Counted from the first letter of the stretch, positions 1 through 9,543 are shown. The stretch is 64,000 nucleotides of DNA from Minisyncoccota bacterium (GCA_023137185.1 JAGLPS010000006.1:683-64682), one strand, 5' to 3'. Notes: generated from the sequence alone by a model not told the origin. Numbers and translations: made by a program.

Positions 1-71
1 TTGCTAAAGCTGTTAAGTAATCGACTCATAAAGTGATGTTGTAAAATGTGTTTCAAGTTCATAACACTGTA

Positions 72-195
72 ACCTGCCTACCGGCAGGCAGGCCTGTCTG
101 CGGTAGGCAGGCTTCTAACGGGATTTATCCTATTTATATTATACCCCCACACTCAGAATTGGTATAGTATTTTGTTGCCTAAACAATGCTACTTA
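72..195 (-). promoter_or_regulatory. Putative minus-strand promoter (TATAAT at ~137-142 in minus orientation) followed by a GC-rich leader hairpin (72-110); copy 1 of a duplicated element (second copy 39157-39300)
   Basis: Minus-strand reading gives ...gtgtgggggTATAATataaat... then a perfect 11-bp stem cctgcctaccg/cggtaggcagg. The same arrangement with a conserved ~45-nt block (cagaattggtatagtattttgttg) recurs upstream of the glycosidase gene at 39.2 kb. Confidence 0.35.
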
Positions 196-240
196 CAAAT
201 TTCAATAACGGTTGTAATTTTAATTTAAAACAACTTAATT

Positions 241-330
241 CTAAAAATACTGTCTCCCTTCGGTCGTCCCTACGGGAGATGTTCCGTAGGGACACAACAA
301 TACCAATCTGAGTGATGGAGGGGTTATAAA
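241..330 (-). terminator. Intrinsic terminator-like hairpins 3' of the nrdJ-to-DUF167 minus-strand operon
   Basis: Minus-strand RNA forms ccctacgg...ccgtaggg and tctccc..gggaga stems followed by a U-rich run; lies immediately after the DUF167 stop. Confidence 0.45.
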
Positions 331-331
331 A

Positions 332-559
332 TTATATATCCTCAATGCGAAGACGCTTGTTGGGACTTTTGTGTCCTGTAATAATACGTACCTGAAAAAC
401 AGGAATACGATACATTTTCGCAAAAATTTCCTGAACACGCCTATTAGCTTCATTTCGTTCGGCCTTTTCTTTAATTGAAACCGCAAACTTTCCTTTCGAC
501 AGTTTCTTTACCGTCTCTTTTCGAGCGCCGCTCTTTACCTGTACTCGTATTTCTGTCAT
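332..559 (-). CDS. DUF167/YggU-family small protein
   Basis: 75 aa; KSGARKETV...KGKFAVSIKEKAERNEANRRVQEIFAK pattern typical of UPF0235/DUF167. Confidence 0.55.
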   Translation of the reverse strand: MTEIRVQVKSGARKETVKKLSKGKFAVSIKEKAERNEANRRVQEIFAKMYRIPVFQVRIITGHKSPNKRLRIEDI

Positions 560-564
560 AAAAT

Positions 565-1032
565 TTAGTTTCTTTTGTATAATCCTATAAGTTGAGCTTT
601 TTCAAGAATATGTTCCCCCATCGCTTTCTCCACCTCCTTTTTAGAAGCCCCGGGAAGAAGATCCAACTTTGAATCAAGTGCGTATAGTTTAAACAGATAA
701 CGATGGACGCCGCTTGGCGGGCATGGTCCATGGTAATTCGTATTACCTGCTGTACCAGTGCCGGAAATTCCTTCGGGTTCTTTCCCTTCTTCAATCACAT
801 TTATATCTGGAGAAATATTCCATTTTATCCAGTGATCCCACACGCCGATAGGAGCATCAGGGTCGTCCATAATCAATACGAGAGATCGTGTGTCCGCCGG
901 AACGTGCTCAATCCGAAGAGGTGGATTTATATTACTTCCGTCGCATGTATGCAGAAAAGGCATCAATTCGTCATCCGCAAAAGCCGGACTCGTAATAGAA
1001 AGAGCAGATGTAAAACTTTTTTCTGTATTCAT
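565..1032 (-). CDS. YbhB/YbcL (PEBP/Raf-kinase-inhibitor-like) family protein
   Basis: 155 aa; VWDHW...GPCPP...HRYLFKLYALD motif characteristic of bacterial PEBP family. Confidence 0.75.
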   Translation of the reverse strand: MNTEKSFTSALSITSPAFADDELMPFLHTCDGSNINPPLRIEHVPADTRSLVLIMDDPDAPIGVWDHWIKWNISPDINVIEEGKEPEGISGTGTAGNTNYHGPCPPSGVHRYLFKLYALDSKLDLLPGASKKEVEKAMGEHILEKAQLIGLYKRN

Positions 1033-1068
1033 ATACGTATCCTATCATACAGGTAATTACGAACGTAA

Positions 1069-1647
1069 TTACCTGTATTCACTAGTTTTGTATGTCGGCG
1101 GGTATTCTTTAACGCCTTTTTGAAAAGTTATTACCCTCGCGCAAGCATACAAAAGACTTGAGAGACGATTGAGATATTGCCGTGTGGTATCGGAAACCGC
1201 TTTAGGATGAGCCTTTGCATGAATTAAAACTTTTCGTTCAGCGTGGCGAGTAACGGCGCGGGCATAGTCAAACCACGCGCTTTCTTTGCTTTCTCCGGAC
1301 AATTTGAAGCTTTTTATCGGAGGCATTTCTTTTTCCATATCATCAATGAGCTTTTCCGCCTCATCAAGCACAGATTTTTTTACGCGCTTTGGCGCGCCCG
1401 CAAGTTCTGCCTGAATAACAAAAAGAGTATCCTGCGCAGCGCGAACAATCTCTGCCACAGATATTTTCTTTTTTCCGATTTTTATATACGTACTCTTGTT
1501 GTAAGCTCGACATAAGCCGAGCAGAGAATTAAGTTGGTCAATCTCGCCAAGTGCTTCGAATACCGTGTCCGTTTTGGAAATATGTTCACTCGGACTTGAA
1601 CAAAAAAGCCCTGATGTCCCTTTATCCCCTTTTTTTGTATAGAGCAT
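1069..1647 (-). CDS. PduO-type ATP:cob(I)alamin adenosyltransferase
   Basis: 192 aa; N-terminal MLYTKKGDKGTSGLF motif and length typical of PduO-type ATR; in an operon with the B12-dependent RNR. Confidence 0.7.
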   Translation of the reverse strand: MLYTKKGDKGTSGLFCSSPSEHISKTDTVFEALGEIDQLNSLLGLCRAYNKSTYIKIGKKKISVAEIVRAAQDTLFVIQAELAGAPKRVKKSVLDEAEKLIDDMEKEMPPIKSFKLSGESKESAWFDYARAVTRHAERKVLIHAKAHPKAVSDTTRQYLNRLSSLLYACARVITFQKGVKEYPPTYKTSEYR

Positions 1648-3923
1648 TATGTGATTTCACAAAGTCCCGCAACGCAGGCAAGTTCTTTTTTAATGTCAGT
1701 CTCATCTTCTTTTTCATACGTAACTATCTTTGAAAAATCAAGATGAGCCACCTTTTTTGCAAACTCCTCGCACACTTCTTTGGATACCGCCTCATACGGC
1801 GCGAGTTTATAAACGTGATTGCTGCGAGGCAGAAAAGAAAGCCCCCCCGCCAAACTCCAGTTCTCATATACCCAGTTAGCTACCTCTATCCATTCATTAT
1901 CCCCGACAGAAATCGTTATTGACGGATTGTGTTCAGTAAAATGTTCTTTTACCATTTTCCAATGTTTTAACTGCTCAATCGCGCTTATGTCATCTTTGAA
2001 AACTCCCCCGCGAGGCGCCTTGACTGGAAATTCAAGCACGTAGGTTATGGCTGAATCCGCAGATTGTCCAACCTCCGGATGGTACGGAATACCCTGGTCG
2101 CGAAGCATTTTAAACAACGCATCGGTCGCCGAAATACGGACTCTTCTGATGTAATGGCGTGAATGCCGCGGATGCATACCTGAGGCCGAATCAACGAGCT
2201 GAGAAACTGTTCCTGATGGTTTGACGCACGTAATCGAAGCTGAAGCGGGAATTTTAAATTTCTTCGCATATTCTTTATTTACTTTCAGAGCTTCTTCCTT
2301 TATCTCCTTAAGAGCCTCCTCGTCGCGAATAGCAGGACAATCCCACTGACCAGTAATTGAAACTCCGAGAAGACGTTCTTCTTCGCAGTTTTTTTTCCAT
2401 TCCAGCGACAGATACGGGAAATTGGTAAGAGTTGACTGGTAGGTTCCAAGAATTACCGCAAGACGTGTTTTCCGCAAAAGTGATTCTTTCGTGTCATACG
2501 CTCTGGCAACCACTTCAGTAAGGTTGCAGAACTGCTTTGGTTTTAGAATAATTTCCCCGCACGGATTTGTCCCCCATTGGATATCTTTGTCTTTGTTTTT
2601 TTCCCAGCGCCGTTTCGGCATTGTTGTTTTTAAACTGCCCCGATTGAAAATCCCCCGCTCCCCTGAACCGCTTTTCGCAAGCGCAATCCATTCGTCCATA
2701 AAAACATCCGCTTCGGGTTTTTCGTTATACACCGCGGAATTGTTTGCCATTGAACGCTGCGGGTCGGTAAGATAAAATTGCCCTTTCTTTGCATCGCGCA
2801 TTTCAATATCATCAATATCGGAAAGCGAAATCAACGCGCTTCTTCGAACGCCGCCGGAAACAACGCATTCGCCAATTTTACAGATTATGTCGTGAGCATT
2901 GATGTTTGAGAGGCGGCGTCCTTGTTTTTTCAAAATTTTCTCACGGGTAAAGTCCAAAAGTTGACGCAAAGGTTCCGGTCCAGAACTTTTTCCTCCCATT
3001 GTTTTAAGCCTCGCGCCGGCAGGACGCAGTTGTGAGAGGTCAAAATCAACGTCCTCTCCTTCATACCACGCCTTCATTCCGTACGAGAGCGCGTCTGCCC
3101 ATCCCTCGCGGCTGTCATCTACAATAAACGTTTTTCTCTTGTTTTCTGTCTGCTTCTTAATCTGTGGAAGCGCTTGAACATTTTGGCTTTCGATTGAAAA
3201 ACCTACTCCTGCCCCGCACATCAAAAGATATACGATTTCAGCAAAATCTTGAATCGCTTTGGGTGCTGTATACGAACAATTGTACACGCAGACATTCGTT
3301 TTGCGCGCCGCGTTTCCCGCAAATTGCATCAAACGCATTGAGGGCATAATATCTTGTTTCAAAATCGCCTGTCGCACTTCCTCGTATTCTTCTTCTGAAA
3401 GTTTCGCGCCCAAATTCTCCTTCATAAAATCAATATACCTGCCAACTGTCTCAATCCATGTCTCCCGCCGTCCCTCTTTCTCTATCCAACGAGCATAAGT
3501 GCGAAAGAAAATGAATTCTGAAAGCGGGTTTTTGAAATATTTTTTGCTCGCGCTGACAAGTTTACGCACTTTTTCTGGCACAGCGCCAAATTCACGGCGG
3601 ATTTCAGCCCTTTTTTCACGATACAAAATATAAGCCTTTGCTGTCTTCGCGTATTCTTGGAAAATAAGTTCTTCCTCAACCAAATCCTGAATCATCTCAA
3701 CATTAGGGGTAAATTCTTTAAGTTTGTTGACTTTTTTTATTTTTACAAGGTCACGAAAGATGTTTTCAGAAATTTTTTTTGCCTCCTTCTCTCCTCCTTC
3801 ATTTGTGGCAGAAAACGCTCGCACTACGGCATTGTAAATTTTAGAGACATCAAATTTCACGACTTCTCCGTCTCGCTTACGGATAACGGGAACCTTTTTA
3901 AAATCTTCAGGGGGAAGAGTCAT
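1647..3923 (-). CDS. nrdJ: Adenosylcobalamin-dependent (class II) ribonucleotide reductase with N-terminal ATP-cone
   Basis: 758 aa; ATP-cone (VIRKRDGEVVKFDVSKIYNAV), RNR catalytic-core motifs (CGEIIL, NPCGE region), monomeric class II length. Confidence 0.85.
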   Translation of the reverse strand: MTLPPEDFKKVPVIRKRDGEVVKFDVSKIYNAVVRAFSATNEGGEKEAKKISENIFRDLVKIKKVNKLKEFTPNVEMIQDLVEEELIFQEYAKTAKAYILYREKRAEIRREFGAVPEKVRKLVSASKKYFKNPLSEFIFFRTYARWIEKEGRRETWIETVGRYIDFMKENLGAKLSEEEYEEVRQAILKQDIMPSMRLMQFAGNAARKTNVCVYNCSYTAPKAIQDFAEIVYLLMCGAGVGFSIESQNVQALPQIKKQTENKRKTFIVDDSREGWADALSYGMKAWYEGEDVDFDLSQLRPAGARLKTMGGKSSGPEPLRQLLDFTREKILKKQGRRLSNINAHDIICKIGECVVSGGVRRSALISLSDIDDIEMRDAKKGQFYLTDPQRSMANNSAVYNEKPEADVFMDEWIALAKSGSGERGIFNRGSLKTTMPKRRWEKNKDKDIQWGTNPCGEIILKPKQFCNLTEVVARAYDTKESLLRKTRLAVILGTYQSTLTNFPYLSLEWKKNCEEERLLGVSITGQWDCPAIRDEEALKEIKEEALKVNKEYAKKFKIPASASITCVKPSGTVSQLVDSASGMHPRHSRHYIRRVRISATDALFKMLRDQGIPYHPEVGQSADSAITYVLEFPVKAPRGGVFKDDISAIEQLKHWKMVKEHFTEHNPSITISVGDNEWIEVANWVYENWSLAGGLSFLPRSNHVYKLAPYEAVSKEVCEEFAKKVAHLDFSKIVTYEKEDETDIKKELACVAGLCEIT

Positions 3924-4131
3924 AGTATGAATATATTATATACTGATAATTTTTCTTTAAGTTGTTTTGAAAATTGTCTGACAAATTGACTGAATCTCAA
4001 ACCTGAAATTTACGGCTACCCCACGGCAAAGCATCGGAAGTAAGTACGCCAAATACAAACGCCACCCAAGAAAAAATTTAAAAAAGTTTTCTCTTGAGGG
4101 GGCATTTTTAAGGAGGTCTTTCATAGAGAAG

Positions 4132-4312
4132 TAATAAAGTTTAACCTCGTCCTATCCCAGCAGCACTTCGGCAAGCTCTCAGTGCAAACCACCTCGGCAG
4201 GATATATAGGCGAGGCATCAGGTAAACTTTGTTGTATATGTGTCGGCTCCGCCGACACATATCACTTTTGCGGATTCATCCTCGAGGCTCTGCCTCGGGG
4301 ATGAATCCGCAA
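4132..4312. repeat. Structured element A: one copy of an inverted ~180-nt conserved element (partner 12800-13092)
   Basis: Reverse complement aligns with 12800-13092 with ~75-80% identity. The outer 27 nt (taataaagtttaRcctcgtcctatYcc) are near identical. Nested hairpins gcggattcatcc..ggatgaatccgc and gtgtcggc-tcc-gccgacac. Contains ACCTGAT, CCTAtATAtCCT and GGGATgaaTCCGC motifs reminiscent of M-box/TPP/cobalamin riboswitch 3' halves. Confidence 0.5.
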
Positions 4313-4496
4313 TCACAATAAATAATTTTACTCCTTGTTAGCAATAAGAACAATCATTTTTCTGTGGAAAACTCATAAAAAAATCAGTTGTGCGTCATTT
4401 TTTAAAGCGCGTCCAGAATGTGGAAAAAAATAGCTTGATATAGTTTGATATTCTGAAAAAAAATTTTGCGACACTTAGAGTTTTGAATAAAATACC

Positions 4497-4523
4497 CCGC
4501 TAGCAGCTAGCGGGGGCATTTTA
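4497..4523. other. Perfect 10-bp palindromic hairpin ccccgctagc-a-gctagcgggg
   Basis: seen directly; flanked by A/T runs, between element A and the promoter-like repeat. Confidence 0.4.
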
Positions 4524-4544
4524 GAGTTCACGTGGAAGTAACCA

Positions 4545-4576
4545 CTTGGAAGCTCGGCTTCCAAGTGTGGTGTAAT
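4545..4576 (+). repeat. P1 repeat family copy 1: palindrome cttggaagctcggcttccaag followed by gtggtgtaat (possible -10-like element), upstream of the 4678 gene
   Basis: 8 loci in the window share the 8+3+8 palindrome ttggaagc-tcg-gcttccaa and the adjacent gtggtgtaat motif. Confidence 0.6.
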
Positions 4577-4677
4577 GTGCATACTATCCGCATCATTTGG
4601 CTTTTTGTAATGTTGTGATAAGGTTTGACTTATACAAGCAGTTCTTTGAAGTTAACAAATCAAAAAGGAGGTGAGAG

Positions 4678-5442
4678 ATGGAGAAAAAAAGGTTAAAAAT
4701 TTTTATTTCCTGCGCTTTAGGAGCAGGAATAGGAACAATCGTAGCATTGGGAGTTGACCAATATTTTTGCTGGATAGGATTTTTCGTGGGAGGGCTTGTA
4801 GGTTATTTATCCTATGAGTTCAATACTGTTATTGAAGCAAGCCAAAAAACTTGGCGTAAAGTAACTGAATGGAAACCGGACAAAGAATTATGGAGATTAA
4901 AATTTGAGCTTGCGTGGTGGCAATTTTGCATGATAATAACATTCGCCACATTAACAATGCTAATCTCTTTTATCGTTTTTTGTTTGGTTACACCTTTGGA
5001 GATGATAAAACTTTTTCTACTCACTATGATTATTTGGGGAATGATAATTTTAATGTTTACTGTTTTTATTATCATTCCAAACCTATTTGTAGAAAGCAAA
5101 AAATCTTATACTATTGATGAAATTAATAACATTAAAAAGCTTAATCCTTTTAACGTCTATTGTTGCTGTTTGCCTAAAAGATTTTGGTGGTACTTGAAAA
5201 AAACACCGACTGCCGCAATATGGATATGGTATTGTCGTATCGCCGCGGCAAAATTCGTCAAAACGGTTTTTGTTTTGATCCATTCTGACATCCGTTTACT
5301 GTGCGGAACTGACGCGGCAATTGGAGCCGTAATAGGATATTTCACAGGCAATGTTATTATAGGAATACTTGCCGGCGGAATAATCGGAGTTGTAAATTAC
5401 GAACTCATCTCCAAGCGTTTTTTACGTCTCGAGCGTACATAA
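4678..5442 (+). CDS. Multi-pass integral membrane protein, function unknown
   Basis: 254 aa, ~7 hydrophobic segments; strong SD aaaggaggtgagag 6 nt before ATG. Confidence 0.6.
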   Translation: MEKKRLKIFISCALGAGIGTIVALGVDQYFCWIGFFVGGLVGYLSYEFNTVIEASQKTWRKVTEWKPDKELWRLKFELAWWQFCMIITFATLTMLISFIVFCLVTPLEMIKLFLLTMIIWGMIILMFTVFIIIPNLFVESKKSYTIDEINNIKKLNPFNVYCCCLPKRFWWYLKKTPTAAIWIWYCRIAAAKFVKTVFVLIHSDIRLLCGTDAAIGAVIGYFTGNVIIGILAGGIIGVVNYELISKRFLRLERT

Positions 5443-5452
5443 CAAAAAAAAC

Positions 5453-5504
5453 AAAAGCCAGCGATTTATTTAGATAAAAAAATCTAAAGCTCGCTGGCTT
5501 TTTC
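5453..5504 (+). terminator. Intrinsic terminator for the membrane-protein gene
   Basis: Long hairpin agccagcga...tcgctggct followed by ttttt, 10 nt after the stop. Confidence 0.55.
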
Positions 5505-5507
5505 TTT

Positions 5508-5568
5508 AACTTGGAAGCTCTAACTTGGAAGCTCGGCTTCCAAGTGGGAGCCTTAAAACGTGGTGTAA
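5508..5568 (+). repeat. P1 repeat family copy 2 (tandem half-unit plus full unit, ...ccttaaaacgtggtgtaat)
   Basis: aacttggaagctctaacttggaagctcggcttccaag...gtggtgtaat. Confidence 0.6.
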
Positions 5569-5605
5569 TTTGTAATTTATAAAATTACTATTTTTTAATT
5601 ATATA

Positions 5606-5637
5606 CAAAAAAAAGACCCGTATAAATAACGGGTCTT
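5606..5637 (-). terminator. Minus-strand intrinsic terminator (gacccgt-ataaata-acgggtc + U8), 3' of pyrE and of the GC-rich structured region
   Basis: Stem-loop followed by 8 T on the minus strand. Confidence 0.45.
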
Positions 5638-5639
5638 CA

Positions 5640-5960
5640 AGATAATTAAGGAGCTAGCCATCCTATTTTTTTCATAAAAGAGCTGATTTCACAAGACGAC
5701 ATAAAACAGGCCACTCCGTCCATCCCTCGCCCCGTGCCCAAATTATTAAGGGCAAAAGGGCGAGGTATTGGCGGAGCGGCACCATGGCTGTTTTTTTGGA
5801 AGAAGAAGCAGCCTCCGCCGCTCCAAATCCATTTGTCTCTCATCCCGGCAGCAGAGCTGCGGGGATGAGAGACACCCAATAAAAAGAGGTGCCAATCCAC
5901 AGCGCGCGCACAACTCGCGCACATCCTCTTTTTTTCTTTTACCTTCAATGAGCTCAAGGA
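5640..5960. ncRNA. Candidate structured RNA (GC-rich, multi-hairpin) between pyrE stop and the terminator; class not recognisable by eye
   Basis: Locally GC-rich in an AT-rich genome. Nested long stems (tctctcatccc..gggatgagaga, ggagcggc..gccgctcc, cctcgccc..gggcgagg). Only low-complexity Cys-rich ORFs overlap it. Confidence 0.25.
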
Positions 5961-6010
5961 AGTCGCCCGCTTTTACATAACCGAAACATCGGTTTATTTC
6001 TGTACCACAC

Positions 6011-6658
6011 TTATAGCATTTTCTCACTTTTTTCTCCTCTCTGAGCAAGGTACTCGCGGCCATGACCAACTTCCGTGTTTATTGGAATACCTTTTTTGCA
6101 CATCGGGCACTCAAATTCAAGCCATACTTCCAAATTCATATTCACAAGAGAGAAAAGTGTGGGTACGTCAGCTAGCTTTTTCGCGGTAACTCCTCCGCGG
6201 TTGCACAGTGCGCCAACTCCAATAACTTCGCCTCCGGCAAAACGAGTCGCCACGACAACTTTCCGTGCTGATTCTCCCGTGGTTAGCACATCCTCGAGCA
6301 CAAGCACTCTGCTTCCTTCAACAAACCTGTCATAGCCTCTTTTAATGACAAAAAAATTATTTTCTTTTTCTGCATACACCGCAGAAACTTTCTTACCTGT
6401 AAAAGTAGTCAGGTAATATGCAACCCACTGTGAGAGAATTACGCCGCCAATAGCTGGAGCAATAACTGTCTTTACTTTCTCGTCTTGAAATTTTCTTGCA
6501 AGAATTCGGCACAATGTGGATATTCTTATGGTATCCGCATACAACATATCCTTGTTTATATATGAAGCGCTGTGTTTACCTCCTTTGCAAACAATGTGAC
6601 TGTCCGTGATAATTGCTCCAACCTGCCTGAGTATCTCCAGTATCTGATCTGCGTTCAT
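6011..6658 (-). CDS. pyrE: Orotate phosphoribosyltransferase-like type I PRTase with C-terminal CxxC tail
   Basis: 215 aa; PRPP-binding motif VLVLEDVLTTGES; C-terminal ECPMCKKG. Confidence 0.65.
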   Translation of the reverse strand: MNADQILEILRQVGAIITDSHIVCKGGKHSASYINKDMLYADTIRISTLCRILARKFQDEKVKTVIAPAIGGVILSQWVAYYLTTFTGKKVSAVYAEKENNFFVIKRGYDRFVEGSRVLVLEDVLTTGESARKVVVATRFAGGEVIGVGALCNRGGVTAKKLADVPTLFSLVNMNLEVWLEFECPMCKKGIPINTEVGHGREYLAQRGEKSEKML

Positions 6659-6772
6659 TTCAAATCTCCTTTCTGTCTAAAATATGTGTAAGGATTCAAA
6701 TTTTGAAGAACTTATTTGGTGGACAGTTTACCTGAAAGAGTAAATTTTAGCAAGATTTTTTGCAGTAATTAA

Positions 6773-7777
6773 CTAATCAAAAATAGAAACTAGATACTCG
6801 TCTATTTCCCGTTGTTCCAAATCATAAAAATGCTTCCCTGTACTGTGAATGTCTGTCGCTAACTTCACACCGACAAATCTCCAATGCCACGGCTCAAATA
6901 TGTAGTAGCTGTTGTTGTCAGGGTACGAAAGAATAAATCCGTAACGGTGAGCATTTTGAAGAAGCCATTGATAGGCAGACGTCTCATCAAAGCCATCAAG
7001 TGTACCTCCAATACCCGTGGTAATAATATCCACTGCTGTCCCAAGTTGATGTTCCGAATACCCTTGGTCTGCGGAAAACTGGTTCGCAGTCCCCTCCCCA
7101 TAGGTAACGGCATACTGCTCCTTGAGCGCCTCTTGTTCATCAAAAGAGCGGTATGCTGAAAAGATATAAAGCTCAACGCCGCTTTGTTTTGCCTGATTGA
7201 GCATTGTTTGCAAATATGGCCACACTTGAGAATGAATTTTGGAGTGTTTATTTTCGTAGTACTCGTATTCGTCGGGAATCTCTGTAAGGCGCTCTGGCGC
7301 GTAGTGCTCATTGAGAAAAAACACTTTTGAATATTTTTGCAAAAACTCGGGGTCAGTCTTGCTTAATTTTTCCAAAGTCGTTACTGTTCCAGAAATCGCC
7401 CCGACTTCCTGCTCAAAACTTCCGAGCTGTTGCTGTAACGCTCCGACATTCTGTTTCTCTTTATTAAGTTCGCTAGAAAGGGAACTGTGCGTTTCCGCGA
7501 TATTTCCTTTAAGAAGTTCGGTAGTTGACGCAAGTTTTGTCTCAAGAAAAGCAATTTGTCCAGAAAGCGAAGAAATCTGCTCGGAAAAAGCAGTGATATA
7601 TTTATGTCCGTACCAAAAACCAAAACCGACTAGCAAAACAACTAGCGTAAAGGCTCCTGCCACTACCCAATAGTGAGGCGGAACATCTTTTATTGGATGC
7701 CTCTCTGGGGTATGGGTAGACGAAGTGGCCTGTTTTATTGATTTCTCCTCCTTTGTCATCATATGAGTTTTGTTCAC
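6773..7777 (-). CDS. Membrane-anchored D-alanyl-D-alanine carboxypeptidase (peptidase M15B, VanY-like) with coiled-coil region
   Basis: 334 aa; N-terminal TM, SAYRS..Q...SEHQLGTAVDI zinc-peptidase M15 motifs. Confidence 0.75.
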   Translation of the reverse strand: MNKTHMMTKEEKSIKQATSSTHTPERHPIKDVPPHYWVVAGAFTLVVLLVGFGFWYGHKYITAFSEQISSLSGQIAFLETKLASTTELLKGNIAETHSSLSSELNKEKQNVGALQQQLGSFEQEVGAISGTVTTLEKLSKTDPEFLQKYSKVFFLNEHYAPERLTEIPDEYEYYENKHSKIHSQVWPYLQTMLNQAKQSGVELYIFSAYRSFDEQEALKEQYAVTYGEGTANQFSADQGYSEHQLGTAVDIITTGIGGTLDGFDETSAYQWLLQNAHRYGFILSYPDNNSYYIFEPWHWRFVGVKLATDIHSTGKHFYDLEQREIDEYLVSIFD

Positions 7778-7902
7778 TATATAAGAGTATTATACCCCTA
7801 ACTAGAGTTAAGTGAAAAAAGTTAAATCTGACTTTGAGAAACACCAACAGATATTGGAATCGCCCTCACCTCTTAACTATGCTAATTTGATAGAATATAT
7901 AT

Positions 7903-8994
7903 ATGCGCGCCGTATTAATATCTTTTTTATCTCTTGTTCTAATGTGCCCTATTTCGGCGCAAGGATTTTACCAAGATACTCAGATAGTATGGCGGGCTGA
8001 AGTAGTAAAGGTCACCGATATAAAGACGATCATCGTACCGGGCACAAATGTCAAAAATCCCGTACAAACATTAACGGCAAAGCTGCTCAACGGGGAACAA
8101 GAGGGGGAAACTGTCATCTTTGAAAATGATTACATTCAACTTGAAAAAGGAGACAAATTTTATCTCAACTACTCAACTACTATCAATGGCCAAGAATTAT
8201 ATTCGGTTCGTGAAGTGGACAGGCGTGGCTCAATAGCGCTCATTGCGGCTATCTTTGTGGCAACAATTCTACTATTTGGAGGTATGCAAGGGTTTCGATC
8301 ATTGCTTTCGCTTGCGGGAAGTCTCTTGGTAATTGTGTATGTGCTAGTGCCAACGTTGGTTAAAGGATACGCCCCTATTCCGATAAGTATCGCTGTCGCG
8401 TCAGCTGTTCTGTTCTGCGCCATTTTTTTTACTCACGGTTTTAATCGCAGGTCAGCTGTTGCGTTTCTCGGAACAATTATCGCCGTTGGAATCACAGGAC
8501 TGCTGGCATACGTTTCAATAGACTCAACAGGGTTGACCGGCTTTGCAAGCGATGAGAGCGTGTATCTAAATTTGAATACTGGCGGGCAATTGGATTTCGT
8601 AGGACTCTTACTCGCGGGAATTATCATCGGCGCTCTTGGAGTTCTGGATGACATCGCAATTACACAAGTCGCAGTTGTGCGCGAACTTTTTGAAGCCGGC
8701 AAACACTTCACAAAATGGGACGTATATAAAAAAGCAATCCGTGTCGGAAGGGAGCACGTAGGAGCGCTTGTAAACACGCTCGTGCTTGCTTACACAGGAG
8801 CGGCGCTTCCCCTTCTTCTCTTATTCTCGCTTTCAGATAGTGGAACACTATCAATTATAAATAGAGAGATATTCGCAACTGAAATTGTCCGCTCACTTGT
8901 CGGAAGCATCGGCCTTGTGCTTGCGGTACCGATTACCACACTGCTTGCCGTATTCTTATTACACAACCATTCTCACAAAGAAATGGGTTCTTAG
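7903..8994 (+). CDS. YibE/F-family integral membrane protein
   Basis: 363 aa; signal/TM N-terminus, soluble domain then ~8 TM with GVLDDIAITQ motif typical of YibE/F. Confidence 0.6.
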   Translation: MRAVLISFLSLVLMCPISAQGFYQDTQIVWRAEVVKVTDIKTIIVPGTNVKNPVQTLTAKLLNGEQEGETVIFENDYIQLEKGDKFYLNYSTTINGQELYSVREVDRRGSIALIAAIFVATILLFGGMQGFRSLLSLAGSLLVIVYVLVPTLVKGYAPIPISIAVASAVLFCAIFFTHGFNRRSAVAFLGTIIAVGITGLLAYVSIDSTGLTGFASDESVYLNLNTGGQLDFVGLLLAGIIIGALGVLDDIAITQVAVVRELFEAGKHFTKWDVYKKAIRVGREHVGALVNTLVLAYTGAALPLLLLFSLSDSGTLSIINREIFATEIVRSLVGSIGLVLAVPITTLLAVFLLHNHSHKEMGS

Positions 8995-9099
8995 AAATGC
9001 CTTCATTCATACGCGCGCTGCTAACTTTCACTTTATAGCAAGTAATCGAAACGCGCAGACTATTGTAGTTAGATGTTAAATTAAGAGCAAGGCTTGCTC

Positions 9100-9543
9100 T
9101 TAAAGCCCTAAAATTTGAATCTGAATTTTTCTTTTTCTCAACTGGTCCAACTCAACAAGTAAAACTCTCTGCCATTGACCCAATTGAAGCATTCCCTCAA
9201 TCAAATTCAAAGTGGTGTTCACTAATAAACGAATTGCCTTGCAATGCGAATGGCCGTTAACACATTCCCCCTCGCAAACATTGACTGTCCGTTTGGTAAA
9301 ATCATCGTGCCGATAATTCGCGGTTTTAGAAGCAACCGCCTCCAAATTATCTTTAATATCCTCAATAAGCAGAGGTTCGTTTTCATTTACAATAAGAGCA
9401 GCCGAAGTGTGCAAAATCTGAATATTTATAAGTCCATTTTTAATTTGGCTTTCTTTAACAAAAGTTTTTATTTTGTCGGTTATATCAATAAAATCAAACA
9501 GACCTTTAGTTTGAAATTCGATTGTTTTGTTTAAAATTTTCAT
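9100..9543 (-). CDS. YjbQ/UPF0047 family (secondary thiamine-phosphate synthase-like) protein
   Basis: 147 aa; ...HTSAALIVNENEP...YRHD...NGHSHCKA...LGQWQRVLLVELD conserved YjbQ pattern. Confidence 0.75.
   Translation of the reverse strand: MKILNKTIEFQTKGLFDFIDITDKIKTFVKESQIKNGLINIQILHTSAALIVNENEPLLIEDIKDNLEAVASKTANYRHDDFTKRTVNVCEGECVNGHSHCKAIRLLVNTTLNLIEGMLQLGQWQRVLLVELDQLRKRKIQIQILGL

Noticed and set aside
4226-4266. NrdR-box pair upstream of nrdJ (tgtatatgtgt...acacatatcac)
   Set aside because: The sequence forms one large palindrome rather than two spaced 16-bp boxes. The AT-rich arms are not conserved in copy B.
4132-4312. TPP riboswitch call for elements A/B (CTGAGA and ACCTGAT motifs present)
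   Set aside because: The motif order is reversed relative to the TPP aptamer (ACCTGAT precedes CTGAGAG), and copy B lacks both motifs. I kept it only as riboswitch-like.
5646-6069. 103-aa and 107-aa minus-strand ORFs as ordinary protein genes
   Set aside because: They have low-complexity, Arg/Cys/Pro-rich composition in a GC-rich structured region, so I reported this as a candidate ncRNA or zinc-ribbon tail instead.
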